In this document: positions 24,721 through 37,627 of the stretch, in pieces
Position numbering within the stretch: the stretch's first letter is position 1
Layout of the letters: each line of letters opens with the position of its first letter
NCBI GenBank assembly: GCA_051313645.2
Contig: JBNRSN020000008.1
Coordinates: 94,240,001 to 94,304,000, forward strand
DNA length: 64,000 bases
Direction of reading: 5' to 3'
From: Centroscyllium fabricii
Lineage: Eukaryota
Translations under genes and position numbers: made by a program
The notes under the pieces: generated by a model
Seen by the model: the letters and a program-made list of their open reading frames with translations, nothing else
Told to the model about the DNA's origin: nothing
Databases searched by the model: none

Positions 24721-25170
24721 ATGATCTACTTGTTCTAGACAAATTGTGTGTCTATCTGCAGAAACTCTTAGTTCTTGGTCATTCAGGCATCCCTCCTGCA
24801 CTGTAAAAACTTGTTCACTTTTGATTGGGGAATCACTTTTTAATTGTCCTGTTGTCAGAGAAGGTCCCCATATGATTCTCTCAATTCTAAAAGGTCCAGG
24901 AATAGCATGACTGAAGCTCATTTGTTTTTTATTGAGTTTTTAGAAGATTGTCTAAGCTCTCAGCATTCATTCTACAGGTATTGTATTTCTGATGCAGGCT
25001 CTGCAGTTTTCAGCACGTTTTATAAGAGATATGATCAATTTCTGTCTCTTTCATCCATTTCTCTTCGAGTTGATCTCTCACATGCAAGCTCAGCAACAGT
25101 TGACTCCTCTTTGCTACAACTTCTTTTAAACTAATGTGGACAATTGCCCATTTTGGACACAAAATTCACT

Positions 25171-25254
25171 GGGGGTGAATTTCTGCAGGGTTTCCAGGGC
25201 ACTTCTTCTGAAGTTATGGCAGACAAGTGAGAACCCTTGCTGAAGTTCACCCTC
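25171..25254. mobile_element. Tiny hairpin MITE (family M2-like)
   Basis: act|GGGGGTGAATTTCTGCAGGG ... CCCTTGCTGAAGTTCACCCTC|act; 3-bp TSD. Confidence 0.6.
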
Positions 25255-26179
25255 ACTGTTTTCAAAGTCTTTATTAGAGTGCTACGGCCTCAGCAGACAT
25301 GGTCTATGAAGAGATTTGCAGGCATTCTGGCATTTCATTTTTCATTGCACTAAGCGATAGTTCAATAATGTAGCATCTCTCTTTAAAACAAAAGCAGTTC
25401 CTGTCCAATACGGAGTAGTTTTCGCTCGAGACAGATTTTGGTACTTCAGCGTCACTCTTTGGCCTCCGAGGAATGCATCAAATTTGGAACTCTGTACTCT
25501 GGTAACACTAATGTAGTAAGATTGAGCTGGAGCTTCAATTATGCTGTTTCTGGACCTTTATACATGGGAGAATCATATTATGGGGCAAGGGATTTAAATT
25601 GGTAGAAGGATTAGAGGGGAGTGGAGAACTTTTTCACCCAGAGGAAGGTGGGGGTCTGGAACTCACTGCCTGAAAGGGTGGTAGAGGCAGGAACTCTTGA
25701 AAGAATTAAATTGTCCATATTATGTTTTTGGACTTAAAATGAAAAACTCTGGACATTGAACAAGTCAAACCTCGCACGTATGAACTGTTTACCAGAAACT
25801 TCCAAGGACATATGGAAGGGAGTCAAGGATGTGTAATGACAGTTGGAGCAAGAACAATGATAACACCTAAAGTACAAAGCAATTAAAATAGATAAAGTTA
25901 ACAGAAATAATGAGTAAAACCGATAGGAGTTAGATAAAAATGTAAAAGTCATGCGAAGATGGCCTATGATGAATCAGAAATAATCTGTAAGAAGTATGTG
26001 TATGTGGCTACAAGCCAAAAAAATGATATAAAAGGCAACGCTGTAATTGACTCAAGCGAGAAAGTAGACACAAGGCGTGGGCCTTTGTCATTTCTCCCAA
26101 AGTGCTTTGTTCCAAAATAAAATTGTGTGCTTGTATCTATCACTGGACTGGTGAGAATTAATTTTTTCTCTTACACTCT

Positions 26180-26760
26180 CATCACATTTAAAAAGTACTT
26201 GGATATGCATTTGAAATGCTGCAACCTACAAGGCTACAGACCAAGAGCTGGAATGTGGGATTAGGCTGGATAGCTGTTTCAGCCAGCACAGACACGATGG
26301 GACGAATGGCCTCCTTCTGTGCCGTAAATTTCCATGATTCTATGACGATAGGTTGCATAAATTTGCCTTGTATATCCTTGTGTTAATTTAGGGGGATTTA
26401 ATTTAAGTGTTTAAAATCATAAAAAGGGATTTCACAGGAAAGATACAGAAAAGTTATTTTCTCGTGTGGGGAACCCAGAACATGGGGCATAATCTTAACA
26501 TTAGATCGAGGTCATTCAGAAGTGAAATCAGGAAGCACCTTTTCACACAAAGGATAGTGAAAATTTGGAACTATCTCCCCCAAAAGGCTGTGAATGCTGG
26601 TTCAGTTGAAATTTAAGACTGATATGGATTTCTGTTAGATAAGGGTAACTAGGGATATGGAGCAAAGGCAGGTAAATCAAGGTGAGGTACAGATCAGCCA
26701 TGATCTAATTGACTGGCAGAACAGGCTCAAGCTGAATGGATACTCTTGTTCCTATGTTCA
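26180..26760 (+). mobile_element. Two adjacent CR1 3' end fragments
   Basis: Two CR1 3' UTR tails (ending about 26345 and 26760). ORF 26407..26616 encodes GHNLNIRSRSFRSEIRKHLFTQRIVKIWN. Confidence 0.75.
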
Positions 26761-27689
26761 TAATAAAAGCAGCAACCCTTTGATGTAGTCTCTTTGCCCT
26801 TGCTGCTATTGTGCCTAAGATATTGAGCACTATTTGGGTAAAGTCTTCATTTCATCTTTCAGACACCGATCAAGTAAGTGATTTATTCTATACTGGCTGA
26901 GGAAAGAAGCTTCCTTTCAGCCTTCTGAGCTCAGGTTCTAAGCTGATGAGGTTTTTCACCCAACCACATTTCTGTTACCAAGTGGGTGATCAAATAAAAT
27001 AAACAAAACTAAACAATATTACATTGCATAAAGACTGAGACACTAACAATTACCAACATTAAATGAAAATTAAAAGACAGTGGTATATTCAATTGATTTT
27101 ATTCAAATTCATTTGTCACATTTTGAGATTTTCTGATCTTTTTTCATGGAAAGGATTTGGGAATGGGTTATGTATAATTTTTTTTAATGAAGTGATTTCA
27201 CACAGTTTAAAAAGTCACAGATTGCAGGACAGAGTGTTTGGGGTGGTGGAGGGGATGGGGAGAAGAGAAGAGTACGATGTGTTAATGAGGTGCAGGCCTG
27301 GGCCTGGAGTTGAAAGCTAACATGCAAGAGGTCAGTTTTTGCAGTTAGAAGTTGTCTAGAAAGAAAAGTAATTTAAAACACAAGTCAGCCCATGAAAGGG
27401 ACGGGACGCACGATTTATTATTTTTTCTCGCTTTATGAGGAGGAGAGGAGAGAGATTAAGTGAAGGAAGTGCAATTCGCTTTGATCATTACTCGGCATGA
27501 TCACTTGTCATTTGCAAAGTAAAGCAATTTAGCAGCTTAACAATTAGTATTGTGCTTCGTCTCACTTGTGTTTCTCAGTGTGCCTACCAAAAGGCAAGTC
27601 TTATTTTGACTCTACTTTTTCTCCCTTATCCAGTCCTGAGCCACCGACATCAGTGATTCTTCTGATGCCCTCTGCCACCAACAAATTAA

Positions 27690-28030
27690 GTGTTGTTGGC
27701 TTGGCCCATTTTCTTTTTACACTGGATATACAGTCCCAGTATACTTCTATCGCTCAAAAGGACAGCCTGGATGTCCTCCATTTCTTTAAATAGCAGCCCA
27801 ATCAATCCCCATCCTCCACCTAGCTGAACTTGTTCTCAACTTAAACTCCCCTCAATTCCACCAGGTAAAAGCTGCTGTTATGGGAACCCACATAGGTCCT
27901 AGCTATGTCTGTCTTTGTGGAATATGAATAAATACCCATTGTTCCAGTCCTACACATGATCCCCTCCCTGGCCTCTTTTTCCATTATATTGATAAATGTT
28001 GGCGCTGCCTCGTGCTCTTACTCTGAATTT
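27690..28030 (+). mobile_element. Penelope-like element RT fragment (decayed)
   Basis: Degenerate LAELVL...QVK...MGT..GPSY.CL.V reading, typical of the PLE RT. Confidence 0.6.
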
Positions 28031-28375
28031 GGATGATCAGCCATGATCTCAGTGAATGGCTGAGCAGGCTCGAGGGGCCGAATGGCTTGCTCCTACTCCT
28101 ATCTTCCATGTTTCTATGATTGAAAGTAGAGTCTTTTTGGATAGATAAATAAGATGGGGTTCCTCATTTGTATTTATCTTGCGATATTTCGAGTGACTTG
28201 CTCTTGTATCAGGTTTAGTAGGATGCTAGAGTGGCTGAATTTACTAATCAATCTTCCTGGTCACTGGCTATAGTTTACAAGTGCCCCACTAAAGCTAATA
28301 TAAAAGCAGCTTTGGTTAGCAAGGTAGACAATGTCTCACAACATAGTTCTACAAGTCAATGTGAATTGCACTTGC

Positions 28376-28592
28376 CTTGGATCCTTCTGGATGCTGTCAA
28401 TTGATGGAGACCTTGTTGTGGCTTCATCTGCTGGAATGGTATAATGAAGTCTGGAATAATTAGATTCAGATGGTCGGTACTGAACTGCTCTGTATGGATC
28501 ACCATAATTACCCACTGAATTTAGAGCAAAGTTACTTCTTTGGTAAGTCATAGTGCTACGTTGACTGGCTGATCGCTGCAGGTTTCCAATGG
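28376..28592 (-). CDS. PKP4: Plakophilin-4 coding exon E (about human exon 9), ends at a GC donor
   Basis: Boundaries ttatag|CC and CCAAG|gcaagt; 217 nt, phase 1-2. Encodes IGNLQRSASQRSTMTYQR...TTRSPSIDSIQKDP(R). Confidence 0.92.
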
Positions 28593-29129
28593 CTATAATA
28601 AAAAACATATTGTACATCTCAAACTGTGTAACACTGTACATATACTTCTGAAATGTAGTAATGGAGAATTTTGCAGAAAATGTGCTTAAAAAAATCTAAT
28701 CAACAATATTAGCTTATTTACTGGGAACAAAAAGTGATCAGGATGTATGTAATACAAAGAACTAGATTCAAAATTATGGCCATTACACAGGCCAAGGGTT
28801 ATGTTAATTTAATTTAACAGGTGGTAACAATTTTAGTTACATTCCAGAAACTATTTTAATATATACTGAGAAACCTATACACAGAAGTATCAAATGCCAA
28901 TTACTGTGACATGCCACAGATTTCATAGGATTTCTACATTTCACACATGAATTTCATTAATCAATGTACATGAGACTCAGAGAAAACTGCTCTATTTTTA
29001 ATACATTATCCATGGTTAAACTCAAGTGCAGATTAAATCCCGTTGCTGTGTTTACTTCACAATTGTGGAGTAAATCTCATTAGTAAAAATCTATTGTTTA
29101 TCTTCTTTAAATTCCTCACACGATGTGAT

Positions 29130-30126
29130 GGCCTGGATTTTGCAGTGGGTAATAACTGCGAACATTCAGCGCTTGCTGTCATTACCCTTCCGAAATGGAC
29201 TGCAGCTTCAGGATTTAGTACATGGGCATCTAAACACAGAAATCCTGAAGTAGCTTTCATTCACTGCCCCAACACAGACTGCACTGTGGACCCCCCGCCC
29301 CCCATAGACGGCAATCCACGTAATTGTGAAATCAGTGGAAATGACGAATACTTGGGCTTTTCCACGCTAATATTGCTGTTAAAACACGGCATTAAATGTT
29401 AATCCTTGTTGGAACAGGTCTAACTGGGATTTCACTGCGTATTGACTGCTAAACAACCGTTCTGGTTGAAAATCTAATTTTATATTTGCGGACAGCATGG
29501 TGACATAGTGGTTAGCACTGTTGCCTCACAGCGCTAGGGGCCCGGGTTCAAATCCGGCCTCAGGTGACTATCTGTGTGGAGTTTGCACATTCTCCCCGTG
29601 TCTCAGTGGGTATCCACCGGGTGCTCTGGTTTCCTCCCACAGTCCAAAGATGTGCGGGTCAGGTTGATTGGCCATGATAAATTGACCCTTAGTGTTAGGG
29701 GGATCAAATATGTGTCGGTGCAGGCTCGATGGGCCGAAATAGCCTCTATCTGCACTGTAGGGATTCTATGATTCTATGAATGTCAAATTTCTCCATTATG
29801 ATAAAAATTACAATTAAAAAATTAAATAAAAATTTGTTCATGATACTTCAGCTTCTATCTTATCTCCATGTGTAAGTCCCAAGCTTTATTTCGCTCTCTA
29901 ACATTTTAAAAAATAAGCATAAAAGCTACTTTTCAGTTCCTGGTTTGCTGTCTGAGAATTCTTCAATGTGATTCACTGCTTAAGAAAGCTCGATGATGTC
30001 ACTGCAGCATTGCCACTGCAATCCCCTATTCACAGCGCTAATATCAATTACACATTGAGAAACCAAGTTTCCCCACAGAGATTGCGAGATCTCTGTGGGC
30101 AACTTGCTGACCAAAAGTTACTGGCC
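29130..30126. mobile_element. GG-terminal MITE with a nested HE1 SINE
   Basis: at|GGCCTGGATTTTG ... CAAAAGTTACTGGCC|at. Confidence 0.55.
29490..29779 (+). mobile_element. HE1 SINE
   Basis: A and B boxes, V-domain and (attctatg)2 tail. Confidence 0.88.
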
Positions 30127-30263
30127 ATCGTATTTACTCTCGAGGGTGTAGGTGCAAACACTAACCAAACCACCAGAGGGAAGGCAAAGAAACCAGATGC
30201 AAGTAGAAGATAATATAAAATGTCTTAAAATATAAATGCTAATGTAAATGGATTCTGAATGTT

Positions 30264-30431
30264 GCTTGGAAACCTGTTCCATCTCCAGCTTTTTCCAGTC
30301 CTAACAAAGGATCATTGACCTGAAACGTTAACTGTTTCTCTCTCCACAGATGCTGCCTGACCTGCTGAGTATTTCCAGCATTTTCTGTTTTTATTTCAGA
30401 TTTCCAGCATCCGCAGAATTTTGCTTTTGTA
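30264..30431 (+). mobile_element. Penelope-derived short element (pseudo-LTR) with a decayed hammerhead motif
   Basis: 9-bp TSD ctgaatgtt (30255-30263, 30432-30440). Contains agtc-CTAACAA-aggatcattgacct-GAAA-cgtt-aact. Shares its body with 44046-44237. Confidence 0.7.
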
Positions 30432-31271
30432 CTGAATGTTTACCATTTTGATTATCTAATAGTTACTTCTAGGAGATAAAAAACCTGGAGAAAGCTGTGA
30501 AGCAACAGTAATGATCTCTTTTACAACCCCCTCTACCTCACGTGATGCGTACTAGATTCCGTAAAAAAGAGTATATGGTTTAGAATAAGAGGACTCTTGG
30601 TTTGTGAATAAAATGTTTACATTTTCAAGCTCTTAAATAGGGCTGAGTTTCCATTTAACTCGCAAGTACATTGCATAATTGCAGTTTTGCATGACTATAT
30701 CCATATGGTGGCATTCTTTGGTACTTACACTGTCCATTTTGTGAATGCTTATCACAAAGCAATTTCTTACGAGTTAGCTAAATGCTGACTTTTACAAATT
30801 TAAATCAGAGCATATTTGATATCAAATTGTTCCTCATGAAAACCAATGAGCAGTTTACAATGCATATATCTGATTAAGGAATACAACTTTTCTTGGGGGG
30901 GGGGGGGGGGGGAGGGGAGAAAGAGACTGCGAAAGGAGGAATGCAATGGGCTACATAAAGGTAAATTATTCCTCGCATCCACACAACCCTTACAACGGAG
31001 CTCAGCAAACTGGAAAGAAACCCCCCAAAACACTTCAGTAACAAAACAGGTTTGTACATCAAAAATTTTAAATCCACTCTCGGCTACAGTCTTTAATTCT
31101 AGCTACCAACAGTCATTTTAGTTCATCAGTAAATCAATTATGTTTGCTCACACTTCCTATTAACCACATATTCAACAGCTGGCTCCCAAATAATTCAGTT
31201 TAAAATGGGTTTCTTCAGTAGCACGGTCTTTCTCTTGATAATCGAGAAATAAAATGTCAAAAAAATATTAC

Positions 31272-31463
31272 CTGAGCCCGTGCGAAACACTGCAGTTTGA
31301 GTGCCATGAAGCAGCTCCACGCCTGCATGACTGGGACTGCGATAAACTGGGCTTTGAAGTGTTCTTCCTTCATAGATTGGAGTAATATGCAAATCAGGAG
31401 ACATGGTAGAACGCAATTCATGTCCCAGTTGACTGTGTTGACTGGCATATGAACTACGTAATC
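31272..31463 (-). CDS. PKP4: Plakophilin-4 coding exon D (about human exon 8)
   Basis: Boundaries tttcag|GA and TCAG|gtaata; 192 nt, phase 1-1. Encodes LRSSYASQHSQLGHELRSTMSPDLHITPIYEGRT...RTGS. Confidence 0.94.
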
Positions 31464-31769
31464 CTGAAAAACAACAGAAGCCATGGTTGATTGAATCAAA
31501 TCAGATTTCTACTGGGTATAAACAGATGTTTAAAAACAAAGGTGTTCTGTTCCTCACACTGATCAGTATTTTTACCCAATGTAACCAAGTACAGTAAATA
31601 AAATGCACCTAAATTACTGCCTAATAGTTCAGTTTCTTATTTCATGTTACTTTAAATATCCTTATTTTGTTTGCTGTAAGGTGTGCTGGTGCAAGCTGGT
31701 CTATGGAATAAATGCAGTGCATTTTATCCTCAAGAACTACTGATCATGAATCTCAGGGGGGCGGGGGGG

Positions 31770-32050
31770 GGAGTCCAAAACTAGGTGTCATAAATACAAG
31801 ATAGTCACTAATAAATCCAACAGGGAATTCAGGAGAAATTTATTTACCCAAAGAGCGGTAAGAATGTGGAACGTTTTTACTACAAGGAGTAGTTGAAGCG
31901 AATAGCATAGATGCATTTAAGGGGAAGTTACATAAACACGAGGGAGAAAGGAATAGAAGGATATACTTAAGGGTTAGATGAAGAGGGGTGGGAGGAGGCT
32001 CGTGTGGAGCATAGAAAAGTTGGGCCATATGGCCTAGTTCTGTGCTGTAG
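31770..32050 (+). mobile_element. CR1 3' end fragment
   Basis: gagtccaaaactagg...gggaattcaggagaaat...tgtgctgta. Same subfamily as the minus-strand CR1 at 5407-6040. Confidence 0.7.
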
Positions 32051-32084
32051 ACAAAATAAGAATGATATAAAGTTCATGTAATAA

Positions 32085-32530
32085 GTGTCAGCTGTGGCTC
32101 AATTGGTAGCACCCTCACCTCTGATCAGAAGGTTGTGGGTTCAAGTCCCATTCAGAGACTCGAGCACAAAAATTTAGGCCGACACTCCAGTGCCGTGCTG
32201 AGGGAGTGCTGCACTGTCAGAGGTGCAGTCTTTTGGATGAGACCATAAACCGAGGACCCGTCTGCTCTCTCAGGTGGACGTAAAAGATCCTACGGCACTA
32301 TTTCGAAGAGCAGCAGGGGAGTTATCCTCAGTGTCCTGGCCAATATTTATCCCTCAATCAACATCACCAAATCAGATTACCTGGCCATCATCACATTGCT
32401 GTTTATGGGAGCTTGCTGTGTGCAAATTGGCTGCCGCATTTCCTACATTCTAATAGTGACTAAACTTCAAAAAGTACTTCATTGCCTGTAAACCGCTTCG
32501 AGATGTCCGGTGGTTGTGTAAAGAGCTATA
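32085..32530 (+). mobile_element. SacSINE1-type (DeuSINE) SINE, full length
   Basis: tRNA head TGGCTCAATTGG / GGTTCAAGTCC, conserved central domain and L2-like tail. Confidence 0.82.
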
Positions 32531-33482
32531 TAAGTGAAAGTCTTTTTCTTTTTAATTTGTACTTCATTGACAGTATTTCCCAATCAATTATCTAGATTTA
32601 AAAGATTCTACTTATAAGTGTATAAGTATGGAGACTTGGAATGGAAGTACACACTCAATGGAAAGACACTGACAGGTGTCTGAAAGATTAATTTAAATAT
32701 ATAATATCGTAATAATAAAAAGGCTACTAGTTGACAAGTCAGCCGCTTTCTTTTCCATTGTAAGTTAATGGATAAATGCATTTCAGAGTGGCAGAACGTC
32801 GAGATTTTTCCTTCCACTCATAATTGGTAATTTTCGTACGCTGAAACACGGGCAATTTTTCAGGCTGGTAAGTTAGCCATCTTCATTTTCATTGTAAAGC
32901 CCCAAAAATCCATTAATGGATTGTTTTTTTTCCACCCACACCCCCTCCTACCCACCGAGAGAGAAATCTGGAGAGAGGATTTAAAAATAGCGCCGGGGAA
33001 TTGGAGCAGTGGCCACACAAAGTAATGAGGGAAGAATTTGAAAAAGTGACATCATCATACACGATAGAGGGAGGAGTGATGGAGCCAGAGGAATAAAGCG
33101 GTGTTCAACTATTTATGCAAACTTTAATATTTAATTATATTAGTAGATTAAGGAGCTAATTTAACTTGAATTAATAGAGGGAAAGGCAAAAATCTAACTA
33201 CAGGGTATTAGCTATAATGAAGTAAATAATTCAATAAAACTGATACAGTAATAGGCTAAATAAACTAAACTGAGCAATGGAACTATTATAAATCAAATTA
33301 ATTGAATTTGTTAATTATAATTTAGCATTAAAGGTGAATTAACACTAGAAATGGATAAATAACTTACAGTAAATAAGTATATAAAAATAGATGGCAGCAC
33401 AAGCATTGCATTGGGTCTGCAGAATATGGGAATTTGTGGACAGTGACGGTCTTGAATGCCCACAGCTGAGACACATGTCTAT

Positions 33483-34032
33483 GGGCCAGATTTTGCTGTA
33501 AATAAGAATTAAACTCGCCACAGAAAGTTAAGTCAAGTCATTACAAATGCAAGTGCCCTTTTAACAATGCAATAATTGTTTTATTGCCAATCTACTTCTC
33601 TAGCACTGAATATTAACTGGGACCTGTATAAGTGAGGAGTCTCATTTTTTCAGGTAACAATTGTTGTTGGGAGATTTTAAAAGCGTCAAATTAAAAAAAG
33701 TTTCACTTTTACTTTGTTTCTTTTTTCCCCCCGCTTAATCCAATTTCTCTTTTCCTGTACTTGATTTGACATTGAGTTCACCCACATTACATTTAGACTT
33801 CATCGTCAATCCTTCCGCTGGTTTTTCTTCAATCCTTTAACCAGATTGGTTAAGAAGCTACACAGCTGGTTGCCCTGAAGACTCGGGTCCCAGTTGCACA
33901 GATTCCCTTGCTGCGCCATTATCAGCTCACTCTTTCAGCAACTTAGTGTCCAAAAATGTTTTGAGCTGAAGGGTGCAGGTGCAAGTCTTACTAGGGCCAA
34001 ACACCATTAAGATGCCCTGTAAAGTCTGGTTT
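33483..34032. mobile_element. GG-terminal MITE (family M2-like) nested in CR1 ORF1
   Basis: tat|GGGCCAGATTTTGC ... GTAAAGTCTGGTTT|tat. Confidence 0.55.
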
Positions 34033-34139
34033 TATGCCTCAAGTCACTGGCTCAGAGTCGTCGAGTTGGAGTGCGAGATAGAAACACTCGACACAAGGAA
34101 GCAGGTGGAATATCTAGCTAGTTCACTCAAAAACACAAG

Positions 34140-34515
34140 ATAGAACTTGCATTTATATAGCACATTTCACTACCTCAGGATGTCCACAAGTGCTTTACAG
34201 CCAATTAAGTATTTTTGAAGTGTAGTCACTATTATAATGTAGGGAAATGGGGCAACCAATATGCACACAGCAAGGACACAAATAGCAATGTGATAATGAC
34301 CAGATAATTTTTTTTATTGATGTTGGTTGAAGGACACCAGGAAAAACTCCCCATCTCCACTTTGAATAGTGCCATGGGATCTTTTACATTCACCCAAGAG
34401 GACAGATGGTTTAATGGCTCACACCAAAGATGGCACCTTCAACACGTCAGCTTAGATGGCGTGCTCAGGTTTCAGGAGTGGGACTTGAACCCTCAACCTT
34501 CTGACTCAGATGAGA
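34140..34515 (-). mobile_element. SacSINE1-type SINE (older, internally deleted)
   Basis: Aligns to the 37163-37627 copy. Confidence 0.7.
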
Positions 34516-37162
34516 GTGCTTCCACTTTGATTCTGACGGAGTCAGAAGGTTACGGGGAACTTAGTGGAGACAGGCAAGGAGGAACTGCAGAAACTGACCC
34601 TGTCCAACAGGTATGATATACCATGGAACAGCAGACAATTCAAGGGAGTGGGGGAAGGAGAATAGAAAGGTTGTAGTCTTAAGGGTTTCAATTATATGGG
34701 GAATTAAGGTATCAGCAGTTGCAATAAGAATCCTGGAGGGTGTGTTGCCCATCCAGTGTCAGGATAAGGGATATTTCGAAGTAGCTGGAAAGGAACTTGA
34801 AAGGGGAGGGGGAAAAGAACCATTTGTTGTGATCCATGCTGGAACCAATGACATAGAAGGACATTCTCCCTGTTCTTTCCTAAGTGAGTATCAGGAGCTA
34901 GACTCTAAATTAAAAAGCACGACCATGAGGGTCTACGCGAGCCACGTGCTAATGACTATAAACAGCTCAGGAAAGCAAATGCGTGGTTGAAAGGGTTGCG
35001 TGGGGAAAGAGGGTTGCAAGTTCATGGAACACTGGCACCAGTGCTAGGACAGGAAGGAGTTGTATCGCTGGGACAGGTTGCACATGAACCAGGCTGGGAC
35101 CTAGGTCCTAGCAGAAAGGATAAATAGGATTTTAAACTAGTATGGGGTTTGGGGGGGGGGGGTTTGAGCAGATATAATAATATAAATATGAAAAAAGGAT
35201 GAGAGAAAAGGTCATGGTCCAAAAGATAAAAATAAAATCCTCAGGAAATAGAAAAGCTTACAGGAAGTAGGAATAAATTAAAGCAGGAATAATGAAAAAT
35301 AAGAGCATATTAATCACCTGTATATCAATGTACAGGTCATCAGCAACAAACAGGAACTGGAGGCAATAATTACAAATGAAGAAATAGCTGTAATTGGGAT
35401 AATGAAAATATGGCTGCAGACAGGACATGATTCAACCTGTACCTATAATGTATTTAGAAATTATTAGGATGGAAGAAGTGGTGGTGGGGTAGCTGTGTTA
35501 ATCATAAATAACTATGGTAGTAGCAAAAAAGGACATAACTAAAAGAGATAGAAACAGAATCCATATGGGTTGAAATAGAAGGGATACAGATCAAGTGGAA
35601 AAGAAGTGGAGGGAGAAATATGTAGGAAAATCTATCAATGAGTTAAAAAACAGAATCGTAAACTATGCCCAAATAATCAGGCAAAGAGTGAAAGGAGAAA
35701 AAAGGATAGTGTTTTACAGTGTCTACATCCGACTCCATGTGCAAGGAAATCAAGGAATGAAGCACTGCTGGACCCAGTAATGGGAAATGAACCAGAGCAA
35801 ATAAATGATGCAAGCGTGGGAGAACATCCAGGGAGTAGTGATGAAATATAATGAGGTTTATGATGATGATTGAGAGGGATAGAGGTAAGCACAAAGAAAA
35901 ATATAATAGATTGAGGAAAAAACAACTATGAGGGAAATGAGGATGGAGTTAACGAAGGTAAACTGAAGAAAACAATTGACAAAGAGCTAGACAGTGGGCA
36001 ATATTTAAAGGAGAGATCAGAGAGTTCAGCACAAACTAGCCAGGAATGAAATGCCATGGATAAATAGAGGTTAGGATAAAACTGAATCTGAAGAAAAAGG
36101 CATACGGAAAGCACATCAACAATAAAGGGAAGGGAATATGAGCAGCTTTGGAAAGAGGATGAAAATGCAAAGAGGAAGGCAAAAAGGACATACGAAATGA
36201 AAGTATCAAAGAATAGAAAAATAAAGAGTCAAGTATTGTGTAGGCACACCATTAACAAAAGGAGAATTAAGCTAGGGCAATTAATGGATGAGTAAGACAA
36301 TCTCATACGAGAGGATACTGAAATGGCAAGGATACTTTACTACCAAAGAGGAAATTACCACAGTAGATGTTAAGTGGAATACAACAGTTAAGATAGAAAG
36401 GAAATACGAGATAAACTGGACAAACCCTGAGTCTAGATGGATTGCATCTGCAGATACTCAAAAAATTTGTATCCAAATGCAAAATTCAATAGAAAAGGGA
36501 AAAATGCCAGAGGACTGGTGAACAACAAATTATGTAATTCCTATCTTCACAAAGGGCAATAGAAATTAGATTTGCAGTTCACCAGTCCTCTGGCATTATT
36601 ATAGAAAAATAAATTGTTAACTATTCCGTAGTATTCTGGATTAGTTCCAGGCTGTAGACTAGTTGGCTTAATATCAAATCTAGGAAAGATACTAGAATCT
36701 TTGCTAGATGATCAGATAATGAAATATCTAGAGACAGAATAGAATAAAAAATGCCAGCATGGATTCTTAAAAAGGAAGGTGATGTCTAATCAACTTTTAT
36801 GAATTCTTTGGAAGAAATAACAGTAGACAATGGCAATGCAGTGGACTGTCACAAGGCCTTTGATCGGTTGTCATGTAAAAAACTCATGACAAAAGGTCAG
36901 GGCTTGTGCTGACGGGGAAGCAGAATGGATTAAACTATGACTACAAAACAGAAAACAGAGGGTAAGCGTTAATGGAAGTTTCTCGGACTGGTAGAAAATG
37001 GTAAGTGGTGACCCACAAAGATCTATCTGTACTGGGACCACTGTTGTTTACCATTTACATTAATGATCTGGACTCAAAGATTGGAGTTATGGTTTCAAAA
37101 TTTGCAAATTGGCAGGTATAGCTAATAAATGTGGCAGACTGCACCAAAATATAAGACGACAA

Positions 37163-37627
37163 AGAAAGACTTGCATTTATATAGCGCCTTTCATGACCAC
37201 CGGGCGTCTCAAAACGCTTTACAGCCAATGAAGTACTTTTTGAAGTGGAGTCACTGTTGTAATGTGGGAAACGCGGCAGCCAATTTGTGCACAGCAAGCT
37301 CCCACAAACAGCAATGTGATAATGACCAGATAATCTGTTTTTGTTATGTTGGTTGAGGGATAAATATTGGCCAGGACACCGGGGATAACTTCCCTGCTTC
37401 TCTTCGAAATAGTGCCATGGGATCTTTTATGTCCACCTGAGAGAGCAGACAGGGCCTAGGTTTAATGTCTCATCTGAAACATGGCATTATCTAACAGTGC
37501 AGCACTCCCTCAGTGCTGCACTGGAGTGTCAGCCTAGATTTGTGTGCTGCAAGTCCCTCGAGTGGTACTTGAACCCACAACCGTCTGACTCAGCAACAAG
37601 TGTGCTACCAACTGAGCCACAGCTGAC
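37163..37627 (-). mobile_element. SacSINE1-type SINE, full length
   Basis: Reverse complement of the 32085 family, with head gtcagctgtggctcagttggtagc. Confidence 0.82.

Noticed and set aside
25345-25557. Minus-strand reading GQRVTLK...KTTPYWTG...LNYRLV, resembling an integrase GPY/F region
   Set aside because: The similarity is too weak, and no DDE or HHCC motifs lie nearby. It would need a profile-HMM hit.
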